From: an uncultured Bacteroidales bacterium
GTDB lineage: Bacteria; Bacteroidota; Bacteroidia; Bacteroidales; UBA932
NCBI GenBank assembly: GCA_946546175.1
Contig: CAMNNY010000144.1
Span: 1-44,266 of the forward strand
Direction of reading: 5' to 3'
DNA: 44,266 bases
The first letter of the stretch is position 1, and every line of letters starts with the position of its first letter. The translations under genes and the position numbers were made by a program. Positions 9,022 to 17,329 of this stretch are shown here, piece after piece. The notes beneath the pieces are model-generated. The model searched no databases. It was not told the origin of the DNA and was given only the letters and a program-made list of their open reading frames with translations.

Positions 9022-9135
9022 AATGAGTGAGGTGTGCTTTTTTATGGCACACCTCACTCATTCGTTTCCGTCCAGAACCACCTATGTGGCACATTGGGCG
9101 AGTGAGGTGGTCACCGAAAAAGCACACCTCACTCA
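9022..9135. repeat. REP/REPIN-like double palindrome
   Basis: Hairpin 1 has a perfect 16-bp stem AATGAGTGAGGTGTGC (9022-9037)/GCACACCTCACTCATT (9047-9062). Hairpin 2 is GAGTGAGGTG (9100-9109)/CACCTCACTC (9125-9134). The outer arms form a 19-bp inverted repeat (9024-9042 with 9117-9135). Confidence 0.8.
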
Positions 9136-9185
9136 AAAATCGGCAAAAAAAACGGTAAAAACTTGCTGCGAATCACGCTAATGAC

Positions 9186-9193
9186 TACTTTTG
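9186..9193 (+). promoter_or_regulatory. -7 promoter box for the hypothetical-RAYT unit
   Basis: TACTTTTG, followed by an AT-rich leader to ATG 9220. Confidence 0.6.
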
Positions 9194-9219
9194 CCTAAAC
9201 ATTATTAATCTCAACTGCT

Positions 9220-9573
9220 ATGAAAAAGATCCTGGAAATCCTCCAGTACGGAGAAAACGACATCCGCTTCAACACGGATCTCGCCCTCAAGAAAAATCCC
9301 AACCTGGTTCCCGAACTCGTTTCCAAGTTTGCCTTTGCTATGACCACATCGCTGTGGGGCGGCAACGAGATCGACGTACTCGCTATCATCCGCGCACTTG
9401 CCATCGCCGACCTTGGCGTAAGCGTCAATCGCAAAGAAATGGTGAGGTTCCTTGACGAAGAATCGGCTTGTTTCAGCAAAATCTTTAATGAAGCAATGGC
9501 CGAAATGCAAAAAAGGGAGCCAAAGACCCTGGTTTTCGCCCCTGGTATCAGCCCTACCAAAATGAGGAGCTGA
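9220..9573 (+). CDS. Hypothetical protein (117 aa)
   Basis: Clean ATG ORF with an upstream promoter box and host-like codon usage; 4-nt gap to the next gene. No motif recognised. Confidence 0.75.
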   Translation: MKKILEILQYGENDIRFNTDLALKKNPNLVPELVSKFAFAMTTSLWGGNEIDVLAIIRALAIADLGVSVNRKEMVRFLDEESACFSKIFNEAMAEMQKREPKTLVFAPGISPTKMRS

Positions 9574-9577
9574 GCCA

Positions 9578-10483
9578 ATGCGACGGGTGGTTACCAGGGC
9601 GCTGCCAGATGGGAGAATCTGCAGCGTCTACCCATTTCACGTTTGTCTGAAAGGGCTCGAACAGGCTATCCTCTGCAAGGATGATGAGGACTATGACGCT
9701 ATGGTCAAGGTCCTCTGCGTAGCCGCACGCAGAAAGAATGTTATTATTATCATCTATGCAGTGGTGTCCAACCATTGTCACGTCGCAATCCTTGCTGTCA
9801 ATCAGAAAGAGGCGGACGCTTATTCAGAAGAGATAAAGAAGGCGTACTCGATGTGGTTCAGCCGGAAGTATGGCTCGCAGAAAATACTCAAGCGCATAGA
9901 AGTCAAAGCCATCCTTCTGGAAAACGACTGGCACGTTAGAAATGCTTTGGCCTACATTCCAAGAAATGCTCTCGACAATTGTTGCAACATTGATGACTAC
10001 AAATGGTCAGGCTATAGAGCGATGTTCCGGAAAAGCATCGTGAATGGTGTCGCGCTCGCCAACTTGAATACCAGAGACAGAAGGCGGACAATGCACACGA
10101 TGGACAGGCTGGACGGAGTCCCATGGACACTCGATAGCGAAGGAAGCCTGATTCCATCGAGTTTTTGTGACCACACTTACCTCGAAGACGCATTCTGCTC
10201 CGACCAGTCCTTCTTTCTGAAAACAATAGGAGGATTGAATGTAGCAGATACGCGATACAAACTCGAAGAAAGGCCATACGCCAGGGTCTCGGACACTGAG
10301 TTGTTGAATACTGCACAGGAAATCGCACAAGAGTGGTTCGCCAAACCAATTGAGGTCCTCAGTCCCGAACAGAAAACTCGCATTGCTTCATACCTCGACC
10401 ATACCCGCAAGACCACCCCGAAGCAACTGTCAAGAGTACTTGGAGTCCCGCCCGAAAGGCTTGAAAAGCTATTGCGTAAATAG
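9578..10483 (+). mobile_element. RAYT-like HUH (Y1/IS200 superfamily) tyrosine transposase/nuclease with a C-terminal HTH-like extension
   Basis: FHVCLKG...DDEDY, HUH motif YAVVSNHCH, catalytic Tyr in AYIPRNA, DYKWSGY and an HTH-like C-terminus TPKQLSRVLGV. 301 aa, with no tnpB. Confidence 0.8.
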
Positions 10484-10487
10484 TGTC

Positions 10488-11711
10488 CTATACCAGTCCG
10501 CGCTCTTTGGCCTTCGAGATGAGTTCGGCGCTGTTGGCGGCGTCGAACTTTTCGAGAAGGCGCTTGCGGTACCACTTGATAGTGGGAAGGCTCAGGTAGA
10601 CTTTATCTGCGATCTGGGGGCTTGTCAGGCCCTGGGCGATGAGCCTCAGAATCTGGATTTCGCGCTCTGTCAGGTCTTCTTTCCCGGCGGCATCAGGAGC
10701 CTCTTCCTCCTTCATCGCCTGCTCGATGGCGGCATCAGCGCCCTCTTTTTCCTTACGCAGCCTGTACATTCTCCGGAGTATTATCAGATAGAGAAGCAGC
10801 ACCGCGACGAGCGCCAGGCTTAACGCGAAAAACCAGGTCAGATTCCTTTTCTGGGCCTCGAGCACCCGCCCGATGAAATTAAGGGTTTCTATGCGGCTGA
10901 TGAATTCCTGCTCGTTGTGGGCTGAATAGTATTCGTCTGCTTTCTGAAGATACCGCAGCGCCCTGGCCATTTTACCCTTCGCCAGAGAATACTCCCCCAT
11001 ACCCTTGAGGGCCTCGGAGACGATCAGCGAATCTCCTGACTCGTAACCATACTTGAGAGCAATCTTGTAACACTCTCCCGCTTTATCGACATCTCCTTCT
11101 TCAAACCAGGTCTCACCCATATTGTACCACAGAAGAGAAAGGCTCTCATTCCAACCGTGTTTTTCGAAGATAGCCCCGGCCTTTTCGTAATACTCCATTG
11201 CACGGGGGATGGAATCCATCATATTGTAGAGGTTGCCCAGTGCGCCGTAGAGGGAAGAATAACTGTCGTCGACCGTCTCTTCGCCATATGGCATGTTGCC
11301 GGTAAAAGAACGCTCCCCGGCGCCCATCCTGTCTACTATCTCCAGTGCTTGGTTGAGGTAGAAGAGAGCGCTGTCGTAACGCTCTGCACCATAGTGGATG
11401 ATACCGATGTTCCGTGTGGCGTCGCTCATCATCGCCAGCCAGTTCCACCGCTTTGCGAGGGCGTAGCACTTGCGTGAGAAAAGGATAGACCTCTCTCCGT
11501 TGATATTGCGGTAACCGTTAAAAAGGTCGTAATACGCCTTGACGAGGGCCTCGCTTTCTGCCTGACTCGCTTTCTCGACCCGCTCGTGGGGCCATGCGGC
11601 GACTACGCGCTCCAGAGAGTCTACGTTGTGTCCGCGATGGTCTGTGTAAGCAGCCACGACAGGGGAAATAAACAGGCAGGATAATATATATGTGAGCAGC
11701 AGTCTTTTCAT
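10488..11711 (-). CDS. Transmembrane one-component regulator: periplasmic TPR sensor + TM helix + LuxR HTH
   Basis: Signal peptide MKRLLLTYIL, TPR repeats, TM segment WFFALSLALVAVLLLYLII and C-terminal LTEREIQILRLIAQGLTS...LSLPTIKWYRKRL. Confidence 0.88.
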   Translation of the reverse strand: MKRLLLTYILSCLFISPVVAAYTDHRGHNVDSLERVVAAWPHERVEKASQAESEALVKAYYDLFNGYRNINGERSILFSRKCYALAKRWNWLAMMSDATRNIGIIHYGAERYDSALFYLNQALEIVDRMGAGERSFTGNMPYGEETVDDSYSSLYGALGNLYNMMDSIPRAMEYYEKAGAIFEKHGWNESLSLLWYNMGETWFEEGDVDKAGECYKIALKYGYESGDSLIVSEALKGMGEYSLAKGKMARALRYLQKADEYYSAHNEQEFISRIETLNFIGRVLEAQKRNLTWFFALSLALVAVLLLYLIILRRMYRLRKEKEGADAAIEQAMKEEEAPDAAGKEDLTEREIQILRLIAQGLTSPQIADKVYLSLPTIKWYRKRLLEKFDAANSAELISKAKERGLV

Positions 11712-11762
11712 TTCCGCTAAGATAGGCAAATAAGCGCAAACGACCTCTGTTTCAAAGTATTT

Positions 11763-11778
11763 CTATACCAAAGTATAG
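11763..11778. promoter_or_regulatory. Candidate LuxR operator palindrome
   Basis: CTATAC-CAAA-GTATAG, a perfect 6-4-6 inverted repeat between two divergent LuxR genes. Confidence 0.5.
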
Positions 11779-11864
11779 CGCCTTCCATCCTTTTGGATGG
11801 TGTTTTTAACAAGCCAATTATCGACATTTGTGAAAGAGAAATCCGATGTTCAGGAGGATTGATT

Positions 11865-12059
11865 ATGATACAACTGACTAAGAAAGAAGCACAGATACTC
11901 CGCCTTATCGCAGACGGCAAAAAAAGCGAACAGATCGCAGAGGCGCTATGCCTGAGTCTGCCCACCATCAAATGGTACCGCAAACGCCTTCGCGACAAAT
12001 TCGAAGCCGGCACAACGGTGGAGATGATCCGTAAGGCTATTCACGAAGGAATAGTATAG
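11865..12059 (+). CDS. Stand-alone LuxR/GerE-type HTH protein (64 aa)
   Basis: MIQLTKKEAQILRLIADGKKSEQIAEALCLSLPTIKWYRKRLRDKF. AGGAGG lies 7 nt upstream of ATG 11865. Confidence 0.85.
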   Translation: MIQLTKKEAQILRLIADGKKSEQIAEALCLSLPTIKWYRKRLRDKFEAGTTVEMIRKAIHEGIV

Positions 12060-12073
12060 TCAGACTAATAACA

Positions 12074-12113
12074 CTGATCGTGGGTCACAGAGACTTTTGT
12101 GGCCCACGATCAG
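12074..12113. terminator. Long hairpin between the convergent luxR and gdh genes
   Basis: CTGATCGTGGGTCACAGA...TTTGTGGCCCACGATCAG, a stem of about 18 bp with G-U pairs. No strong U tract. Confidence 0.6.
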
Positions 12114-12134
12114 CGTGTGAAGTGTGTCAAAAGA

Positions 12135-13490
12135 CTAAACCAGCCCCTGCTCGAGCATTGCGGTGGCGACTTTCATGAAGCCGGCCACGTTGGCTCCGCG
12201 CACATAATCGACGGTACCGTCTTCGCGCGTGCCATACTTGAGACAGTTGGCGTGGATATCGGACATGATGCGGCGAAGATAGTTGTCGACCTCCTCGGCC
12301 GTCCATTTCTGGCGCATTGAGTTCTGGGTCATCTCAAGGCCTGATGTGGCGACGCCACCGGCGTTGGATGCCTTGCCCGGAGAATAAAGTAATCCTGCCC
12401 CCTGGATGATCTTGATAGCCTCGGGAGTGGAAGGCATGTTGGCGCCCTCTGCGACGCAGTAGCATCCTCCATCCACAAGTTTTTGGGCGTCGGCGGCTTC
12501 AATTTCGTTCTGGGTAGCGCAAGGGAGAGCGATGTCGCATTTGATCTTCCACGGACGCTCTCCGGGATAGTATGTTGCCGATGGGTACTTCTGGGCGTAT
12601 TCGCTGATGCGGCCGCGGCGGACGTTCTTAAGAAACATCACGTACTCGAGTTTCTCTTCAGTTAGGCCGTCGGGGTCGTAGACGAAACCGTCGCTGTCGG
12701 ACAGCGTCACGACCTTGGCGCCAAGGCGCATGGCCTTCTGGGCTGCGAACTGGGCTACATTGCCGGCGCCCGAGACGAGTACGGTCTGGCCCTTGAAGCT
12801 CTTGCCGCGCGTCGCAAGCATCTGCTCAGTGAAATAGCAGAGGCCGTAGCCGGTGGCCTCGGGCCTTATGAGGCTGCCGCCCCATGTCTGGCCCTTGCCC
12901 GTAAGAGTGCCGGTGAACTCGTCGCGAAGGCGCTTGTACTGGCCGAACATGTAGCCGATTTCGCGCCCGCCCACGCCTATATCGCCGGCGGGGACGTCCG
13001 TATCGGGGCCTATGTGCCTCTGAAGCTCCGTCATGAAGCTCTGGCAGAAGCGCATCACCTCGGCGTCGGACTTGCCGCGGGGGCTGAAGTCGGATCCGCC
13101 CTTGGCGCCGCCCATAGGCAGGGTCGTGAGGGCGTTCTTGAAGGTCTGCTCGAAAGCGAGGAACTTCATGATCGAGAGGTTGACGCTGGCATGGAAACGG
13201 ATGCCGCCCTTGTAGGGGCCGATCGCGCTGTTCATCTGGACGCGGAAGCCGCGGTTGATACGGATTTCGCCTTCGTCGTCCATCCAGGGGACGCGGAACA
13301 TGATCACGCGCTCGGGCTCGACCATTCTCTCCATGATCTTGGCATCGAGGAAATGGGGGTAGGCCTCAAGGGTGGGGGCTACGGCTTCAAGGACTTCTCT
13401 GACAGCCTGATGAAACTCAGTCTCGCCGGGATTCTTGGCGACGAGGGCGGCCATGAACTCCTTTACATACTTCTCGGTAAAGGCTGACAT
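12135..13490 (-). CDS. gdhA: Glutamate dehydrogenase (NAD/NADP preference unresolved)
   Basis: GPYKGGIRFH, MGGAKGGSDF, DVPAGDIGVGGREIG, RPEATGYG, GAGNVA and EGANMP. Start set at MSAFTEK (13490). Confidence 0.95.
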   Translation of the reverse strand: MSAFTEKYVKEFMAALVAKNPGETEFHQAVREVLEAVAPTLEAYPHFLDAKIMERMVEPERVIMFRVPWMDDEGEIRINRGFRVQMNSAIGPYKGGIRFHASVNLSIMKFLAFEQTFKNALTTLPMGGAKGGSDFSPRGKSDAEVMRFCQSFMTELQRHIGPDTDVPAGDIGVGGREIGYMFGQYKRLRDEFTGTLTGKGQTWGGSLIRPEATGYGLCYFTEQMLATRGKSFKGQTVLVSGAGNVAQFAAQKAMRLGAKVVTLSDSDGFVYDPDGLTEEKLEYVMFLKNVRRGRISEYAQKYPSATYYPGERPWKIKCDIALPCATQNEIEAADAQKLVDGGCYCVAEGANMPSTPEAIKIIQGAGLLYSPGKASNAGGVATSGLEMTQNSMRQKWTAEEVDNYLRRIMSDIHANCLKYGTREDGTVDYVRGANVAGFMKVATAMLEQGLV

Positions 13491-13492
13491 AA

Positions 13493-14197
13493 CTAATCGA
13501 CGATGTAGTAGGTGACGAGGTTGACGACTCGTACCGTCTTGAGCCAAGGGGTGTTGGAGTCGCGGGATGTGATGCTGAAAGTACCCTGGCTGGCAGTCTT
13601 GATCTTGCCGAGACGGCTGTGGGAATCTTCTGCGAACTTCTCTCCGACAAGGCGGGCGTTCTTGGTCGCTTCTTCGACCATCTCCGGCTTGATATCATTG
13701 AGCGATTCGTACTCGTAGGAGATGTTGGAGTCCCAATCATTGATCAGTAAAACACCCTTCTCGATGAGCTTGTTCTGGCCGGCGATCAGTTCGCGCACGC
13801 GGTCGACATCGGACGAGCAGACGGTTGTGATGCTCTTGATGATGAAGCGCATCGCACGGTTGTTGTCGTAGGTGTCGGTCCTGGCGTCTGAGACTTCGAT
13901 GGCGCCGAGGGTGATGTCTTCGGGTTTGACTCCGCCTTCTGTGAGGAACTTCCTGATGATTTCATTCTGCTGCTCCATCTGCTTGTAGACCGAGGCGTAG
14001 TCGTTGCCTGCAACCTTGATGACGATGGGCCAGATGACCTTATCTGCTTTTACTTCCTTCTCGCACAGACCCTTGACGGTAACAGTACGGTCGAAAGACT
14101 TGAGTTTGCTGACAGAAACGGGGAGCATCGCTCCTAGAAAGACAAGACCCAGCATCACGAAGAAGCCAGTCCATACACGTGATTTTTCCATACTCAT
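13493..14197 (-). CDS. SIMPL domain (DUF541) protein
   Basis: RTVTVKGLCEKEVKAD, LNDIKPEMVEEATKNAR, LGKIKTASQGTFSI and KTVRVV. Confidence 0.88.
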   Translation of the reverse strand: MSMEKSRVWTGFFVMLGLVFLGAMLPVSVSKLKSFDRTVTVKGLCEKEVKADKVIWPIVIKVAGNDYASVYKQMEQQNEIIRKFLTEGGVKPEDITLGAIEVSDARTDTYDNNRAMRFIIKSITTVCSSDVDRVRELIAGQNKLIEKGVLLINDWDSNISYEYESLNDIKPEMVEEATKNARLVGEKFAEDSHSRLGKIKTASQGTFSITSRDSNTPWLKTVRVVNLVTYYIVD

Positions 14198-14215
14198 AAT
14201 TGTTTAAGACAATTT

Positions 14216-14244
14216 CAAATATACGCAATATTTTCCTAACTTTG
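14216..14244. promoter_or_regulatory. Divergent -7 boxes for SIMPL-gdh and the nitroreductase gene
   Basis: TATATTTG on the minus strand (14216-14223) and TAACTTTG on the plus strand (14237-14244). Confidence 0.65.
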
Positions 14245-14251
14245 GCCTGCT

Positions 14252-14878
14252 ATGGCAGACAATTATCTCGAAAACCGTCAAAGGGAGCTCGCAGGAGCCC
14301 CTACCGTCAGCAACCGTCCCTCGCTGGAGACCCTCGCCCGGCGCAACCGCAGCGTACGCGGCTACGACCAGTCCTACGTCGTCCACGAAAGGCAGCTCCG
14401 CGCGATGATCGCCGTCAATCCCCTGGTGGCATCGTCCGTCAACCAGCAGGCCCTGCGTTTCCACATGGTCACCAAAGGCCCTGAGGCCGACGAGGTCAAC
14501 CGCCACATTAAGATGGGCCGGGCCCTGCCAGAACTCCATCTCCCCTTCCCCGGGACGGAGCCCGAGGCCTTCATTGTTGTCTGCTCTACCAAGCCTGAGA
14601 ATCCCGGGCTGCTCATCGACCTCGGAATCTCGGTCCAGACGATGCTTCTGAAAGCCGTAGAGCTTGGGCTTAACGGCCTTATTATCCGCAACTTCAACCA
14701 CGAAGACCTCCAGAAAGGCCTGGGCCTTCCCCTCGAGCCTATTTGCGTGGTCGCAGTAGGCAAGACCGCCGAGAAGATCAAACTGGTCGAAATCAGCGCC
14801 GGAGAAGACATTAAGTACTACCGCAAAGACGGCGTACACTACGTTCCCAAAATCAAAACCGACGATATCATAATTTGA
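14252..14878 (+). CDS. Nitroreductase family protein
   Basis: RNRSVRGY, ASSVNQQ, IDLGISVQTMLLKAVELGLNG and HYVPK. Confidence 0.88.
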   Translation: MADNYLENRQRELAGAPTVSNRPSLETLARRNRSVRGYDQSYVVHERQLRAMIAVNPLVASSVNQQALRFHMVTKGPEADEVNRHIKMGRALPELHLPFPGTEPEAFIVVCSTKPENPGLLIDLGISVQTMLLKAVELGLNGLIIRNFNHEDLQKGLGLPLEPICVVAVGKTAEKIKLVEISAGEDIKYYRKDGVHYVPKIKTDDIII

Positions 14879-14892
14879 CGATATCATAATTT
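14861..14892. repeat. Perfect 16-bp tandem duplication at the nitroreductase stop codon
   Basis: GACGATATCATAATTT twice (14861-14876 and 14877-14892). Confidence 0.95.
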
Positions 14893-14895
14893 AAG

Positions 14896-14962
14896 GATCT
14901 GCTGCGAAAGCGACCTTTGCCCGGAATAGGGTCGCGAAGCGATGGGAGCGTCGCAGCAGATC
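14896..14962. other. Nested GC-rich palindromic element (structured RNA or REP-like)
   Basis: A perfect 12-bp outer stem GATCTGCTGCGA/TCGCAGCAGATC encloses a GCGACC...GGTCGC hairpin. Confidence 0.6.
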
Positions 14963-14977
14963 ATTCATTTAAACATT

Positions 14978-16177
14978 ATGCAGATTTCACAGAGAGCCGA
15001 GAACATGCCGAGCTCGCCTATCCGCAAGCTCGCCAAATATGCCGACGCCGCCAAGCGCAACGGCATCCATGTCTACCACCTCAATATCGGCCAGCCCGAC
15101 ATCAAGACCCCCGAATGCGCCCTCGAAGCCGTGCGCAACCTCGACCGCAGCATTCTCGAATACAGTCCGTCCCAAGGCTACAAGGCCCTCCGCACAAAGA
15201 TGGTTGGCTACTATGCCAACTACGGCATCGACCTCAGCCCCGACGAGATTATCATCACCACCGGAGGCTCCGAAGCCGTGATGTTCGCCTACATGGCCTG
15301 CCTGGACCCGGGCGACGAAATCATCGTCACCGACCCGTCCTACGCCAACTACATGGCCTTCGCAATAAGCTGCGGCGCCGTCGTGAAATCAGTCAAGACC
15401 TCGATCGAAGACGGATTCAAGCTCCCCCCTATGGAGAAATTCGAGGAGCAGATCACCCCTAAGACCAAGGCCATCCTCATCTGCAACCCCAACAACCCTA
15501 CCGGCTACCTCTACACCAAGAAAGAGATGCTCCGCCTAAGGGATCTCGTGAAGAAATACAACCTCTATCTCTTCAGCGACGAAGTCTACCGTGAGTTCAT
15601 CTACACGAAAGCGCCTTATATCAGCGCATGCCACCTCGAAGGGATTGAAGAGAACGTGGTGCTGATCGATTCCGTGAGCAAGCGCTATAGCGAGTGCGGA
15701 ATCCGTATCGGAGCCCTCATCACCAAAAACAAGAAGGTACGTGAAGCCGTCATGAAGTTCTGCCAGGCGCGTCTCAGTCCGCCCCTCATCGGGCAGATTA
15801 TCGCCGAAGCCAGCCTGTCGACCCCGCAGGAGTACATGGACGAGGTGTACGACGAGTACCTCAGCAGGCGCAACTTCCTGATCAACGGCCTCAACAAGAT
15901 CCCGGGAGTCTACTCACCCACCCCTATGGGCGCATTCTACACCATGGTCAAGCTCCCCGTCGACGATGCCGAAAAGTTCTGCATCTGGTGTCTGACCGAC
16001 TTCAACTACGAAGGCCAGACAGTGATGATGGCCCCGGGCTCAGGCTTCTACACCGATCCGGAGGAAGGCCGCGACCAGGTCCGAATGGCCTACGTCCTTA
16101 ACAAAGAGGACCTCGGCAAAGCACTTGTCGTGCTCTCCAAGGCCCTCGAGGCTTATAATTCACGCGAAGCGGACTAG
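14978..16177 (+). CDS. PLP-dependent class I/II (aspartate) aminotransferase
   Basis: LNIGQPD, NPNNPTG, SDEVY and SVSKRYSECGIRIG (PLP lysine). Start set at MQISQR. Confidence 0.92.
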   Translation: MQISQRAENMPSSPIRKLAKYADAAKRNGIHVYHLNIGQPDIKTPECALEAVRNLDRSILEYSPSQGYKALRTKMVGYYANYGIDLSPDEIIITTGGSEAVMFAYMACLDPGDEIIVTDPSYANYMAFAISCGAVVKSVKTSIEDGFKLPPMEKFEEQITPKTKAILICNPNNPTGYLYTKKEMLRLRDLVKKYNLYLFSDEVYREFIYTKAPYISACHLEGIEENVVLIDSVSKRYSECGIRIGALITKNKKVREAVMKFCQARLSPPLIGQIIAEASLSTPQEYMDEVYDEYLSRRNFLINGLNKIPGVYSPTPMGAFYTMVKLPVDDAEKFCIWCLTDFNYEGQTVMMAPGSGFYTDPEEGRDQVRMAYVLNKEDLGKALVVLSKALEAYNSREAD

Positions 16178-17313
16178 CGTCCCTTGTACATGTCGTCGTA
16201 GTACTTCTGGTAATCACCGGAAGTGACGTTGTCCATCCACTCCTGGTTGTCCAGATACCAGCGGACCGTCTTTTCGATGCCTTCCTCGAACTGGAGCGAG
16301 GGCTCCCATCCAAGTTCGCGCTGGAGTTTGGATGAGTCGATCGCATAGCGCAGGTCGTGTCCGGCGCGGTCGGTCACGTAGGTGATGAGGTCCATGTCGG
16401 CGCCTTCGGGACGGCCGAGCAGACGGTCGACGGTGCTGATCAGCACCTTGATGATGTCGATGTTCTTCCACTCGTTGAATCCGCCGATATTGTAGGTATC
16501 GCCCACCTTGCCTTCGTGGAAGATGAGGTCGATCGCGCGCGCGTGATCCTCCACATAGAGCCAGTCGCGGACATTCTCGCCCTTGCCGTAGACGGGCAGG
16601 GGTTTGCGATGGCGAATGTTATTGATAAACAGCGGAATGAGCTTCTCGGGGAACTGATAGGGGCCGTAGTTGTTGGAGCAGTTGGTCACGACGGTCGGCA
16701 TACCGTAGGTGTCGTGGAACGCCCTGACGAAGTGGTCGGACGAAGCCTTGGCTGCAGAGTACGGTGAGTGCGGCTGGTACTTCAGGTCTTCGGTGAAGAA
16801 CGTGGTGCCGTAGGCGAGGTGGTGCTTGCCCGAAGATGCCTTGGTCGTGAACGGAGGCTCGACGCCTTCCGGGTCAGTCATCTCAAGGGCTCCGTAGACC
16901 TCGTCCGTGCTGATATGGTAGAAGCGCTTCCCTTCCCAGTTGCCGTCCCAGGCGATCTTCGCTGCCTGGAGCAGGCTGAGGGTGCCCATGACGTTGGTCT
17001 GGGCGAAGGTGAACGGGTCTTTGATACTGCGGTCGACGTGGGACTCGGCGGCGAGGTGGATAATGCCGTCAACATGCTCGTCCTGCATCAGTTTGAGGAC
17101 TCCGTCGAAGTCGCAGATATCCATCCGGACAAACTTGTAGTTGGGCTTATCCTCGATATCCTTCAGGTTGGCGAGATTGCCGGCGTAAGTCAGCTTGTCG
17201 AGATTGATGATCCTGTAGTCCGGGTACTTATTGACAAACAGCCGGACTACATGGCTTCCGATGAAGCCGGCTCCTCCCGTGATTATAATGGTCCTTTTCA
17301 TTTGCTTGGTCAT
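16174..17313 (-). CDS. rfbB: dTDP-glucose 4,6-dehydratase
   Basis: TGGAGFIGS, DKLTYAGN, HLAAESHVDRSI, STDEVYG, SPYSAAKA and NNYGPYQFPEKLIP. Confidence 0.97.
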   Translation of the reverse strand: MTKQMKRTIIITGGAGFIGSHVVRLFVNKYPDYRIINLDKLTYAGNLANLKDIEDKPNYKFVRMDICDFDGVLKLMQDEHVDGIIHLAAESHVDRSIKDPFTFAQTNVMGTLSLLQAAKIAWDGNWEGKRFYHISTDEVYGALEMTDPEGVEPPFTTKASSGKHHLAYGTTFFTEDLKYQPHSPYSAAKASSDHFVRAFHDTYGMPTVVTNCSNNYGPYQFPEKLIPLFINNIRHRKPLPVYGKGENVRDWLYVEDHARAIDLIFHEGKVGDTYNIGGFNEWKNIDIIKVLISTVDRLLGRPEGADMDLITYVTDRAGHDLRYAIDSSKLQRELGWEPSLQFEEGIEKTVRWYLDNQEWMDNVTSGDYQKYYDDMYKGR

Positions 17314-17329
17314 AAACTAATAAAACCGA

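Noticed and set aside
8959-9135. Possible CRISPR array
   Set aside because: The units are 11-bp tandem repeats or inverted arms with no regular repeat-spacer pattern, and there are no cas genes.
9578-10483. Classical IS200/IS605 element or TnpB/IscB system
   Set aside because: There is no RuvC-type ORF, no space for a right-end hairpin or omega-RNA (4 nt to the next gene), and the protein is about twice the length of TnpA.
10488-10495. CTATACCA identical to the left half of the candidate operator
   Set aside because: It is explained by the terminal codons and stop of the TPR-LuxR gene, and there is no second half-site.
13491-13547. Upstream extension of gdh in the ORF track
   Set aside because: It overlaps the SIMPL gene. 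ATG 13490, 2 nt after the SIMPL stop, gives a normal GDH length.
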